From the NCBI RefSeq assembly GCF_009914755.1, contig NC_060938.1: a DNA stretch of 64,000 nucleotides. One strand, given 5' to 3'. A program made the position numbers and the translations under genes. This DNA comes from the human T2T-CHM13v2.0 reference genome, Homo sapiens. The notes under the pieces were generated by a model. It was not told the DNA's origin, ran no database searches, and saw only the letters and a program-made list of their open reading frames with translations. The number at the start of each line of letters is the position of its first letter. The stretch's first letter is position 1. This document shows positions 1 to 16,944 of the stretch, one piece after another.

Positions 1-2130
1 AAAACTCTTTCATATTTTCTGAAAGACATGAATGTACAGAAACAATCAGCACAGCACATGCAAAACAGGATATATTGAAAAATAAAACCAACTTGTCATG
101 TGATACTCCTTTTTAAAAAAATTTGAAAGAAGCCAGAGAAAAAGGCCAATTATGTACTATGGAACAACTATTTGAATATCCATGGAGTTGTCATCTGAAA
201 TCATTAAGGTCAGAATGTCATCTGAAATCATTAAGGTCAGAAGACTGTGGAAGAGTCTTTAAAATTGTGAAAGAAAAAATGAAATGACCTAGAATTCTAT
301 ATTTAGTAAAAATATGTCAGAAATGAAGTTGAAATAATATTTTAAAAGAAAAGAAAACTGAGAGGATTCTCATTAGCAGATCTGAACTACAAAATATGCT
401 TAAGGAAGTTTTTCAGGCTGAGGGAAATTGTACCACAAGGAGACTTGGATTACCAGGAAGGAATGAAGAACACTAGAAATACTAAATATCTGAGAATGGA
501 CAAAAAAAATACAAAGGACTGTTTAAAGCTAAAATGACAATACAGTTTTGTGATTTTTTTCAAATATAAAAGATAACAGGAGTCAAATGGGAACATATTT
601 ATTGGAAGTTTTCTACATTTTATATGAAGTAGTACAATATTAACTTTAAGTAAACTGTGAAAGGTTAGGAATATATATTGTAGTCTGCAGAACAAGCTCT
701 TCGAAATAATAAAAACAGGATACAAAAAGCCAATAAATGGGGTAAAATGAAATTCCAAATAATATTCAAATGCCACTAAAGAAAGTAGGAAAGGCAGATC
801 AGAGGAAAAAAGAACATATGGAACAAGCAGAAATTGAATAATAGAATAATAGATCTAAATCTAACCATGTCAATAACATTAAAGTTAGTGCTCTAAGTAT
901 TTTAACTAAAAGACAGTTTATTAGAGTTAAAAAAAGAAAAGGGCAGGTTCAATGTTCTGATGCCTACAAGAGCTATGCTTTAAAATAGAAACAGTTTGGG
1001 GGTAAATGAATAGAAACAGTTGTGCCTCAAAACTAGAAAGCATGAGATTGCAGTATATATAGTAGACTCAACATAATAAACTTCAAGATAAAGTATTATT
1101 GGAGGTAAAAGAAGACATTTCATGATAACAAACTAGACAGGAAGACAACAATTATAAATATGCGTATACTTAACAAAAGTGATGCATGATTTTCTAATTG
1201 TGAACTTTAATTCCAGAAATTGATAGAACAATTCTCATCTACTGATGGAACTAGAAAAAAACATCAGTAATGACACAGAAGATTTGGACATCACCATAAA
1301 TCACCTTGATCTAATTGATATTTAAAGTATGCTATACCCAACAAATGCAAACTACATATTCTTTTTAAGTGTACTTGGTAAATTCATCAATATATATCAT
1401 CTGTTATAATCATAAACAAGTCTCAGTAAGTGTAAAAAGACTGAAATTATATAGTCTGCTCTCTCACCACAGTGGAACTTATTTAGAAATTATTAACAAA
1501 ATATTATCTAGGAAAACATTAAATACAACACTTCTAAATAATTTATGGGTCAAGGAACAAATTACAGGAAAATTACGAAGCTTTCTGAACTGTATGATAG
1601 TGAATATATAACATACAAAATATGTAGTTTGCAACTAAAACAGTGCTTAGGGAGAAATTCATAGCTTTAAATAATTAAATTTAGAAGAATAAAGATACAA
1701 AATGAAAGATCTAAATTTTCTTCCTCAAGAAGTAAGAAAACTGAAGAGCAAAGTGAAAACAAAGTAAGTAGAAGGAAGGAAATTATAAATATAAAAGGAA
1801 CAATTAAGAAAACCCAAACACATGGATCAAATTACTAATAAAAAATTAATATTAGTTCTTTATAAAGATGAACAATATTTGCAATCTTATAGCTAGAATT
1901 GGTCAAAATAAAAACAGTATACAAATCACTAATATGAAGGATGAAAAAGTTTGAACTATAGGCTTATTAAAAGTAACAAAAATATTATGAGCAGCTTTAT
2001 GCCAAAATATGCAGAAACTCATATGAAATGGCCAAATTTTAAAAAACAATACAAGGTTCAAAATTGACCTAAGAAGAAACAAAACGTCTGAGACCCATGT
2101 CAATTAAAAAATTAAATTGATTATCAAAAA
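1..2130 (+). mobile_element. Ancient L1M-type LINE-1 fragment (ORF1 3' part, inter-ORF region, ORF2 endonuclease region), heavily decayed
   Basis: A-rich plus strand with L1-like motifs (cctagaattctatatttagtaaaa, ttgatctaattgatattta, cacttctaaataatttatgggtcaagga, gaaattcatagctttaaat). No intact ORF. Confidence 0.7.
189..242. repeat. Perfect 2 x 27-bp tandem duplication
   Basis: tgtcatctgaaatcattaaggtcagaa at 189-215 and 216-242. Confidence 0.95.
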
Positions 2131-2469
2131 TATCTTTGAGACAATGAGACAATCGTGAGACCTCTTATCTCTACAATAATGCAAATTTAACCGTTTGAGT
2201 AATTCCATTCTATTGGCATTTCTCCAAAATGACTTTTGTTAAAATAAATCTATAAGTGGATTGACACATACTATAGTACATGAAGATGGTATAGAAGCAT
2301 CTTCTATACCATATTTACCATTTCCAGAGGCAGTAAAAATAATATAGTATAAAATATTAGTAGGACTTGAAAAACTAGTGAGCAAAAAGCTAGAAAGAAA
2401 CAGCATTATTAGTACCTCTGAGACAACATAAGAGACAAAGTTTTTTCTCATATTGTGACTCAAAAACCC

Positions 2470-3100
2470 TGAATAGCACAGTAGTTCATGGACTCTAGAA
2501 ACCAAACTACCTTGATTTGAAACCGGACTTTCCTACTTCATAGCTGTGTAACTTTAAGCAATCTATATAGCCTCTATGTGACTCAGTTTTTATGCCCATC
2601 AATGATAAAATGGATAAAGAAAATGTGGTACATATGCACCATGGAATACTATGCAGTCGTAAACAAGTAACAAGATCATGTCCTTTCCAGGGACATGGAT
2701 GGAGCTGGAGGCCATTATATTTAGCAAACTAACACAGGAACAGAAAAGCAAATGCTGCATATTCTCACTTATAAATGGCAGCTAAATGATGAGAACACAT
2801 GGACACATAGGCTCCAACACACGCTGAAGCCTATTGGAGAGCGGAGGGTGGGAAGAGGGAGAGGATCAGGAAAAACCACTAATGGGTACTAGGCTTAATA
2901 CCTAGGTGATGAAGTAATCTGTACAAAAAACCCCATCACACAAGTTTACCTATGTAACAAACCTGAACATGTGCCTCTGAACTTAAATAAAAATTACAAA
3001 AATAAAATAAAATAAAATAAAATGGAGATAATATTGTCATGAAGACTAAACAATTATTTGTCAAGTGCTTGGAAATGAACCTGGCACAAAATAAACTTTT
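2470..3100 (+). mobile_element. MIR SINE split by an L1 3' fragment (MIR parts ~2470-2590 and ~3016-3100)
   Basis: The MIR core tagctgtgtaactttaagcaa...actcagttt resumes after the L1 tail as taaaatggagataata...cctggcaca. Confidence 0.65.
2592..3020 (+). mobile_element. 5'-truncated L1 3' end (older L1PA, about L1PA13-like) with (AAAAT)n tail
   Basis: ggataaagaaaatgtggtacat...gggtactaggcttaatacct...gtttacctatgtaacaaacctg...A-rich tail. Confidence 0.85.
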
Positions 3101-6100
3101 TAAGGTATTTATTAAATTTTTTGAAATGTAAATAAAAACTAGAGACTTCAATTACAATATCCAATTAATGTATTTTACAGAATGGTGTTTCCAATCTATG
3201 AAAATAGTATAAATATAATAATATAATATAAATTAACACATAATATAACATAATATAAATTAACAATTAGCATTGGAAGTAACTATAATATCTTAGATAT
3301 AATAATACTTCCTCCAAGTTCTGTTTTGGGAGTTGGTCATTATTTATGCTTCATAGGTTACTTTGTGAATCAGGCCAGCCAAATATCAAATATAGCATTA
3401 AGTAATATTCATCAGTAAAACAACAACAAATACAAACAATATAATGAATATCAGGGCTGTCACTTGGTTCTCTGAAGGTCACATTGCTTGATGAGTTATA
3501 TTTTTTTCTCAGATAAAAATTGACCACTCTTTAGTGTTCATCAAAATTTCACAGGTTTTAGAATTCATTAACATAGATTTCTTGGCATTAAGATGGTACT
3601 CATATTGAACACTTGAATTTTTAAAAAGCATGTTAAAAATCATTGGTTTTATCTCTCTCTTGCAGTGAAAAGGCTTTTCATGACAACTTCTACTATCACT
3701 TAATATGCTTTATAGTTTCATATTGAGGTATTAGGAAGTAAAGAAACCTGAGAATTCACAGGACATTTTTGAAAGCATTACTGTAGTATGTATTTCCCTG
3801 AGTGGCTGCTTAGGTTTATTGGCTAAACATCATTTGCCAAATTAATTTTAACACTTCAAATTTTCTAGTTATTAAGATTTCTAATCCAAAGTCAGTCCTT
3901 ATGAATGTCAGAAGCACAAACTTTTAACTGCCTTAAGTCTGAATACATGTAGGTCCCATATTAAAGTTTGAAAATCGAGGTTAAAAATTAATTCTAGCTA
4001 GAAATTATAGCCATAGAGGATGAATTCAAGAAATCCCTGGTGTATTTTAATAAGTGAAAAAGGTAAGAGGGTAAATACAGTATTAACTTTATGAGTTTTC
4101 TATGCTTGAGTAAACATAAAATTTGTAATTATATTTACAGGACTTGGCTGTGTTGAAAGATAAAGGATAATTACATTCATGCCTAATGGGAAAAAGTCAG
4201 CACAAATTATGCAGGTTTTGTATGTTAACAAAACTGTAATATTAGGAAATTCAATCAAATGTTAATTAATTACAAGGAAAGGTGCTATCTATGAATGTAC
4301 TACAACAAGTAAATCTATATATTTTGGGAATTGAAAATATTTTCATTTTTCTCCTCATTATAATTTATTCTGTCATCATAAAATGTACCACAATTAGACT
4401 TTTACATTAAGCAGATAATTATGATATAAATAAAACTTATGCAGCTTTCTGAGATAAATAATTTAACGGTGAGCTTTCTTAGTCTTTACACAGTCCATAT
4501 CACCATTACTTACATTATGAATCATGGGTTAGAGATTTTTGTCATGCAGTTTCTAATATTGTTAGTCACAAGAAAACCAATCTGTCCTCAATAAATTTTC
4601 TGTATTTATTGACGATTGTAATTACTTTTTTCTTGGTTGCATTTATATATGTAATAAACTCAATATTTAGGATAGTCAGCTTACTTTTAAAAAATAAGAT
4701 AAATCACTTTTCTGATACTTGGTCCTTTGAAAGACTTTAGTTAGTGCGGAACAGATTTAAATGTTATATTAGAAAAGTAATTAAAATATTCAGAGAGTCT
4801 TATTCAGTCCTTCAAACTTAAACCATGGAACACTAGTCTCTATTATTTTATTAGTGCATGTGTGTTATCTAATTAAGACACATTGAACTGTTGGATAATA
4901 CTTGTAATATCACTGCCTGTTTTGATTTATCTTGAGTGTAAACAGGACAAGGTCTTCTAAATTTTAGTGATGATATGTTTGCCAGTAGTAGATATTCTAC
5001 CAATGGCATTAATTCATTCAACAAATATTCTGAGTGCCAACCTATATGTGAAAAGTTAGAAAGGCAAATGAAGCCACATCACCTTGAGCTGCTTTGCTTT
5101 GAAATACAAAAATTAAAATAAGACAAAAATGAGGTCATTTGAAAGAACTGGGAATATCTTGTGCAACCTAACTGCGTGGTTGATTTGAATTATTTAAATG
5201 GATCCATATCTTTTGCATTTAGTTTTTAAATTTAAATATTCATTTGTTTCTATTCTGATGAAGCTAAATAGAAGCACTTTATGGTTAGATGGTTCAAATT
5301 TGTTCATTATTTTTATAATATATTCCTGTGAATAAGCAAAGCAGTAGATTTAGTAAAGGAGTGATGTACAAATTTTCTGTTTTCTGGTTCATAAAGTAAT
5401 GCTCTATACGATTTTGATATTACTGGATGTAACTTAGGGTTTTACATATAACCAACTATTGCCAGTATTACAATAATGTTTAGTTTTGAATAAATTCCTA
5501 ACGTGTATATTTGGTTTTATTGTTTTATAAATACATATCTCTTTTTTTGGTTTTGATTCACTTATTGATTATGTCTAACAAAACCTGGTAGCTGTTGATC
5601 ATGCTCTGATGAAAGCAGCAGTTCACATGAGGCTAGAGACTTTCGACTTAGTGACTGAAACATGAATTACTTTATCCAAATTTGCCTGCCTTTATTTTCT
5701 GAATGGGTATTAGTGAGTTTTGTATGTGATAAAGGGGATTGCTTGACAACAATGTAAGTTTCTGAAATAGAAATGGACAGGCTTTCATGCTCAATAGAAT
5801 TGAATTACTGAAACCAGCACATTCTATTGCCTTTTGGTTCTGGGTTTTTAGATTTCCCAGCTGTAACAACTGCTAGGCTAGTGTGTGACTCACTGTTGTG
5901 TGCTTCTCAACCAGTATTCTTAGGTAACTAAAAAGTCCCCAAGCACAAGCAGACAAAGTAAATTCTTAACATATATACTAATAACACACTCTCTTGCTTA
6001 TTACATATGGTTTGTGTATTCCTTAAAACATAATGCAAAACTTTTCAGATATGATGAAAAAGAGATAAGCTATTTTACCATTTCATAATAATTTTTGGTA

Positions 6101-7386
6101 AACTAAAATACTTTATGAAATAACAGAAAGTTCAAAACTGCAATTGAGAGAGGCATAGAGAAAAAAACTAGTGACTAATTTATAGATTTTCCTGAAATTC
6201 AGTCACCTCTCAATTCACTTCAATTGCCAATTTCTGATTAACTGGTTGGCAGACATCTAGGAATGTGTGAAGTATAATATAAGGTGCAAACCTTTGGCAT
6301 TTCCTTAGCTGGACCTCCAACTTCCAGTCAGTTTGTAGTGGATCTTCAGTCATCCTCACTATAATGCAACCTGCAAAATGAATATTTCTGTATTTAATTT
6401 GTTTTTACATAGAACTACTTTGAGCAAAAACTAAGTCAACGTGATTCCGTTTCCGAAATAGTAATTCAGTGAGTTGCTTGTTAATTGTAGTTATAGTGCA
6501 ATGTAAGCATACAAATTTCTGAGAATACCCAACAACTGTTAAGAATTCATATCAAGTTTGATGCAGTAAATCCAGGAGTTTAAAGAGCTTTTGGTTTAGA
6601 AATTGTTTAGCTTTATTTAAAAACCTTTCAAGTACATTATTTAATATACATTATTTAATATATAACAATCTTTATTTTCTCGCTGTCTTTCCCACTCCTC
6701 ACCCACATGATTTGCTTCAGTATCTATGTATTGGTCTTATTTAAGTTCTTTTTAGTTGTTATTTATTTTTTAATAATGGTATATCTATTTGGAATATGGG
6801 TAAAATAGTATAGCTATAAAAAGGAAGGAGTGGGAAATTTTGGTAGTTGGAAGAATAATCAGTTCCAATTAGAGTGTATCTAGAATATCTTTTCACCAAA
6901 TGTTGTGACTTTTCTTCTGAGGGCACATTATGTTTCAGTTTGGGCTGACCATGTCTTATATAATAGTTACCTTTTAATTCACACACTCTCTCAGTTGTGA
7001 TTTTCAGATAATAGATTATTCTTTATTTTTGCCACTTAGGCACTTATTTTTGTTTTTATTTTTTCCCACTTATTCAGGCACTTATTTTTGTCATATGTAG
7101 AACTTACAGTTTTTCACTTGAACATATTAATCATCTTGAAACCACAAGAAAAAGAACATGGATGGAAAGATAATAAATTAGAAATTTGAATAGTTTAATA
7201 AGATAAATTCTACTAATTTTTCAAGAGTACATTTTGAGAGACCAGAGATATTATATAAGATAAACACTTATTTTAAAGTAAAATATCATGTAAATTGATT
7301 TAAATATTTCAAATGTTTTTCTGATATAGAAACTGCCAAATAATTTGATCTGGAGTAAATCTAACTTATAACAGGAATCCATCTAA

Positions 7387-7691
<305 letters not shown>

Positions 7692-9162
7692 TGACAACAT
7701 CATCCTCCTGGGTTACGATTTTTCATATATATCCATATAAGGAACAAAGGCCCTGTCTTGTTTCAGGTAATACAATTCTCCCTGTATTTCTCTGACTTTT
7801 TTTTTTAAATATTACATTTTGTTAATATTTTACAAAGTTAGTTATTGTTCATTAGAGTTATTTGTCCCTCTTTGAGTAAAACCTTATGGCTGGCATGGAC
7901 AGTGTATATATTTCTAATACATGAAAGTGTACCATTATACCTCTATTGCTAGTGACATTTATTTCTTTTAATAGATATAAGAATCTTTATTCACTAAACC
8001 AAATGACAATGAAATCTTCATAACTAAATGAATATGTATATCTTCACCCACACTGCTTTGCCATGACAATTGGAATTTTTTTGCCTAGTAGACTAAAGAG
8101 TATTAAAATAGAGAATATGCTATTGATTCAAGGTAATATTATTTATATGAAGAGGAAAATTGCAATAATGACTGTATGTTCATGTATTTTTTTAAGAACA
8201 ATAGCTATAAAATATTGTGAATAAATATAAACTTACGTCTAACTTCTTTGAAAGAGTCTAAAATATATATACAAACTCAAATAATTTGGCATATTATTTT
8301 TATTGCTTATTAAAACAAAGTTCTGAGAAGTAAAAACACCAAGCAATTGGTACTATTTATTTTTACTTTTATAAATATTTCTGTTATATCAAAAGGAAAT
8401 GAATTAAAAATTTTCATGTTATAATGACTTTTTTCTCTGTTGAGCTTCATAAGTATGAGATTACAATAATACATGCTTGAAAAAAAGCATCCTATATTAC
8501 TTTTTTCATATAAACGTTATATGTATAACCTATATAACAATTTTACTTGATATTATATTGTTAATTCAATATAATTTTATTTAATACTCATTGATACAAT
8601 ACATACATTTTAAATTATCCTCTAAATAGAATAATTTGTTTAACAATTCTCTTATTACTGAGAATCATCAAGACACCCATGTCAGATAAATAAGTTCCCA
8701 AAGACCCATCTTCTATATATTATTATGACACATAATATTAGATGTGAGTATATACCAAGATGAGTAAAGAAAGATTCATGAAAATAATATTTGATCACTA
8801 TAGAAAATTTGGAAAATACAGACGAGCGTAAAAATGAAAATTGCACATAATGCTATCACTCAGTGAAACAAAGTGAATACAGCAAAAGTTTCTTTCATTG
8901 TGTCTTTCTCAATAGATGGTTGGATAGATTGACTATAGTATATATTTATATAAATTATATATTAAATTTAAAATTTTTATTGCATAGAATTTATTCTGTA
9001 TGTACTACATAAATCTTTTATATTACATATATACATTTTATATAGCCTGTTTTGAATGCTTATTTTTTCACCTAGCTTTGTAGAATTCAATACTACATTT
9101 TTAAGAAAGATTGTGTCACTTTGACAAATTATGTAGCTTTTTGAGTTCCTATTTTCTTACAA

Positions 9163-12800
<3,638 letters not shown>

Positions 12801-12822
12801 ACACATCTTTGAGAGAGTCATT

Positions 12823-13660
12823 TTTTTAAAATTATACTTTATGTTCTGGGGTACATGTGCAGAATGTGCAGTTTTGTTACATAGGTGTACACGTGCCATG
12901 TTGGTTTGCTGCACCCATCAATCTGTCACCTACATTAGGTATTTCTCCTAATGCTATCCTTCCCCTTGCCCCTGCCCCCCAACAGGTCCCAGTGTGTGAT
13001 GATCGTCTCCCTGTGACCATGTGTTCTTATAGTCCAACTCCCACTTATGAGTGAGAACATGTCATGTTTGGTTTTCGATTCTTATGTTAGTTTGCTGAGA
13101 ATGATGGTTTCCAGCTTCATCCATGTCCCTGCAAAGGACATGAACTCATCCTTTTTTATGGCTGCATAGTATTCCGTAGTGTATTGTGCCACATTTTCTT
13201 TATCCAGTCTGTCATTGATGGGCATTTGGGTTGGTTTCAAGTCTTTGCTATTGTGAAAAGTGCCTCAATAAACATATGTGTGCATGTATCTTTATAGTAG
13301 AATGATTTATAATCCTTTGGGTATATACCCAGTAATGGGATTGCTGGGTCAAATGGTATTTTTGGTTCTAGATCCTTGAGGAATCGCCACACTGTCTTCC
13401 ACAATGTTTGAACGAATTTACACTCCCACCAACAGTGTAAAAACGTTCCTATTTCTCCACATTCTCTCCAGCATCTGTTGTTTCCTGACTTATTAATGAT
13501 TGCCATTCTAACTGGCATGAGATGGTATCTAATTGTGGTTTTGATTTGCATTTCTCTAATGACCAGTGAGATGAGCTTTTTTCATATGTTTGTTGGCTGC
13601 ATAAATGTCTTCTTTTGAGAAGTGTCTGTTCATATCCTTCACCCACATTTTGATGGGGTT
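12823..13660 (-). mobile_element. 5'-truncated L1PA (about L1PA7/8-like) 3' end
   Basis: Antisense L1 3'UTR and ORF2 C-terminus (ORF 13237-13551, MQIKTT...CWRECGE...HCWWEC). 10-bp TSD gagagtcatt at 12813-12822 and 13661-13670. Confidence 0.94.
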
Positions 13661-14932
13661 GAGAGTCATTCTTTCCTTAGACAGAGAAGGGTCTTGTTGT
13701 ATCCATCTTACAGATATGACTTACTGATTTATGTTCTCTAAACATAAACCCGAGGCGTCTCTTCCCACCAACCTTTTCTATTACCTTTGTCATTGAATTT
13801 CTTAATCTATTATAACTTGAGATAGAATATGAGAATACTTCCTCTTTGAACTTTTACTTTATAACATAGAACATACCCATATAGTCAAGTAGTAAGTGAC
13901 TAATTTAGAGTTAACAATACAGAACTTCTAAATAATGGAATTATTCTTGATACCCAACTAAATCCTTGATGAACATTTTTCCAGTCAACTCCTTGTTATG
14001 ACACTGTATTAAACCACATAATTGCTTTTTTCTAAAGATACTTTTGATGATGCTTTGTCAGTTCTTCCTATATGGTGCAGAAGAGCTCTGAGGCTTAATT
14101 ATAGGAAAACATTTCCAGTTCAATTTAAAAGGTGAAAGAGATAAATCACAATTTTTAAATATATAGCTTTTAGAAGAGGTACTGTCAGAAATGTAAAAGC
14201 ACATTTATAGTTTGGCAAATTTATGACTCCTGCATTAAATAAGCCAGTATAGAGAGAAGAGCTAGATACCCTTTGGATGTCAGAAAGTCAAAAATAAGTA
14301 GAAGAAGCATCTGCATACACCTGAAGTTTCCCTCTCCTTGTGATCTTTGGAAGAAATGATAATCTGACATAAACCATTCCAGAAAATGCTAGGTGGTTGT
14401 ATTTTTCACATAACGTCATGCTTAACTAAATAATGTTAAGCAGACCCACAAAAACAATGTAATAAAGAGCTGAACTTTAAAAAAAGGAAAGCAAAATCAT
14501 AAATATGTTTCTCTGAACAAAAATTTGGTGAGAAATAGCTCATCTTTTTGTTATGTGATGATAGTGGTAATTTCTTTACTTGGTGTTTGTTATAATGACA
14601 TTTGATGAAAACATCTATAGAGAGAACATCTTGAATTATAAATACATAATTTTGATTGGATCTACTTTAAAGACTAAAGGGTGAAGAGAATCAAAATCTG
14701 GGCCATTCCACAGTAAAACCAGAAAGGAGTGTTGATACTAAGAGAGCACAGCCATAGTACAGTGGGGAGACAATAACAGAATGACCGCAGTGGCTGGTCT
14801 AGCAGAAATGCATTAGGTATGACATTGCCATGGAGAAAAAGATAATAATTCACACTAGAAAAAAAAATATTAAACTACTTTACCTGTTTGGAGAAAAGGC
14901 CAGTTTGAGTTTATTTAAGAGCCTACAAAAAA

Positions 14933-15568
14933 TGTGGTAGGCTGAATAATGCCCTAGCCCCAGCCTCAAAGGTGTTCACACCCTAACCCTTGAAATCAGT
15001 CATATTACATGGCAAAAGGGACTTTGAACATGTAATTAAGGTTACTGACATTAAAATAGAGAGATTATCCAATATTACTTAGATGGGCCCAATATGGTTA
15101 TCAAATCCATTCAAAACAGACAACTTTCCCAGGCTGGAGACAGATATTGACATGCGATGAGAAATCAGGGGAAGCCAGAGTAATTCCAAGCTGGATTTTT
15201 CAACGTGCCATGGCTGCCTCTAAGATGTACAGGCTCATGTTCAAGAATCAAAGAGAAGCCTTTAGAAATCACTGCCATCCACCAGCTGACAGGCAGCAGA
15301 GAAATGGGGATGTCAGCCCTGCAATCACAAGGAACTGGATTCTGCCAACAACCTGAATGAACTCGGAAGTATATGCTACCCAGATCCTGCCAAGAAAAAG
15401 CATAGCCACCAACATCTTAATCTCACCTTTAGAAAACCCATAGAAGGGAAATCAACAGACCCAGCCTGGATTGCTGATGTACAAAATTATGAGATCTTAA
15501 ATTTGTGTTGTCTTAAGCCACTAAGTTTGTGGTAATTTGATGTAACAGTTAATAAAAAACTGAAACAG
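14933..15568 (+). mobile_element. MaLR solo LTR (MLT1, about MLT1E/D-like)
   Basis: Starts tgtggtaggctgaataatg, contains atggcaaaagggacttt and aaggaactggattctgccaacaacctgaatga, and ends taagccactaagtttgtggtaattt...aactgaaaca. Confidence 0.85.
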
Positions 15569-15854
15569 AATGCAAGCCAATATTTATTAGCAATGACTGA
15601 GAAATAAGTGGCTGTTTGGAGACATTATTGTTAACTATTTGGTTTTTATATTATTACAGGCACACAAAAGTTTTCCATATTTAAAACTATTATCTTTGGC
15701 ATTCATGTCTCAGAAGTTCACGCCACTTTCCATTGGCAGGAATATGTAATATGTAAAAGTGAAGGGAAACAGGTGGTATATTAAATGCTTCTTTTTCCAT
15801 AACATCTAATGTAGAAATTTATAATTTTCATTACTATCATGTAGCAAGATCCAT

Positions 15855-16355
15855 ATAAAAAGGATATAAAACTGTCATTATTTACAGATAACATAACTAT
15901 GTATATACATATTTCAAAATACATATAAAACAGAATTAATACATTTATATAAAATTGAGCAAGTTTCTAAATTATAGATCATATGAAAAAATTCACCTAT
16001 ATGCTTTTATATATGATCACAAATATTATTTTAAATATTGTGGTATTTACCATAGACTTAAGAAATACAAAATACCTAGAAATGAACCTAACAAAAATAT
16101 GTAAGACTTCTACTCAGGAATATGACAAAACAATATTGAAAGTAATTAAAATAAATCATTTTGGTTTGGAATACTCTTAATTGTAAAGATTCTAATTCTG
16201 CCCAAATTGATCTATAGATTTCAGGCAATACCAATAGAAATATGAGTGTGTTTATATATACAAGCTGACTCTAAAATGTATGTAGAAATATAAAAGCACA
16301 AGGGTAGCCAAGATGAATCTTGAAGAAAAGGATAAAATAAATTGGAGGACATATG
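15855..16355 (+). mobile_element. Old L1M ORF2 fragment
   Basis: aaaactgtcattatttacagataacat, aaatacctagaaatgaacctaacaaaa and cccaaattgatctatagatt. Confidence 0.7.
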
Positions 16356-16357
16356 CT

Positions 16358-16587
16358 GTTGAATATTGTGATATAAGAAATATATATTTAGTATTTTCCC
16401 CCTGTTCATGGCACATAGTTTCTAAAAGCCTTGTAGATAGGAGCACAAGGAAAATCTTTTGTTGTGGTATGCGGTCTTTGACCCTAGTTTCTGACACAGA
16501 GCTCCTAAGACCTTTGAAGTTCCCTGAATGTTAGGAGCCTCTGGGCTCCTAAATCTCTTGGAATTTCCTAGGTGATAAAAGCATCTT
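16358..16587 (+). mobile_element. MER21-family LTR, 5' fragment
   Basis: tattgtgatataagaaatatatatt...ctgacacagagctcctaa repeats typical of MER21. It matches the reverse complement of the 60420-60472 end of the second copy. Confidence 0.75.
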
Positions 16588-16940
16588 ATTATTATTATTA
16601 TTATACTTTAAGTTCTGGGATACATGTGCAGAACGTGCAGGCTTGTTACGTAAGTATACACGTGCCATGGTAGTTTGCTGCACCCATCAACCCGTCATCT
16701 ACATTAGGTATTTCTCCTAATGCTATCCCCCTCCAGCCTCACCCCCGCCACAGGCCCTGGTGTGTAATGCTGCGCCCCCTCCGTGTCCATGTGCTCTCAT
16801 TATTCAACTCCCACTTATGAGTGAGAACATGCAGTGCTTGGTTTTCTGTTCTTGTGTTAGTTAGTTCCCTGCAAAGGACGTGAACTCATCCTTTTTTATG
16901 GCTGCATAGTATTCCACGATGTATATGTGCCACGTTTTCT
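16588..16940 (-). mobile_element. L1PA 3'UTR fragment (about L1PA7/8-like) with a small internal deletion near 16862
   Basis: (tta)n tail then tatactttaagttctgggatacatgtgcagaacgtg. It lacks the tgctgagaatgatggtttccagcttcatcc segment present in the 12823-13660 copy. Confidence 0.9.
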
Positions 16941-16944
16941 GTGA

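Noticed and set aside
450-776. 108-aa hydrophobic ORF on the - strand, and similar F/L/I-rich short ORFs throughout
   Set aside because: These are antisense readings of A-rich old L1 or AT-rich DNA, a compositional artefact.
4010-4220. Possible small exons (ag...gtaaga at ~4063, tttacag at ~4140)
   Set aside because: Splice-like motifs occur by chance in AT-rich DNA. No recognisable peptide or consistent exon chain was found.
5595-5670. Hammerhead-ribozyme-like CUGAUGA...GAAA
   Set aside because: No stem II closes the core, there is no room for stem I, and no correctly placed UH cleavage site exists.
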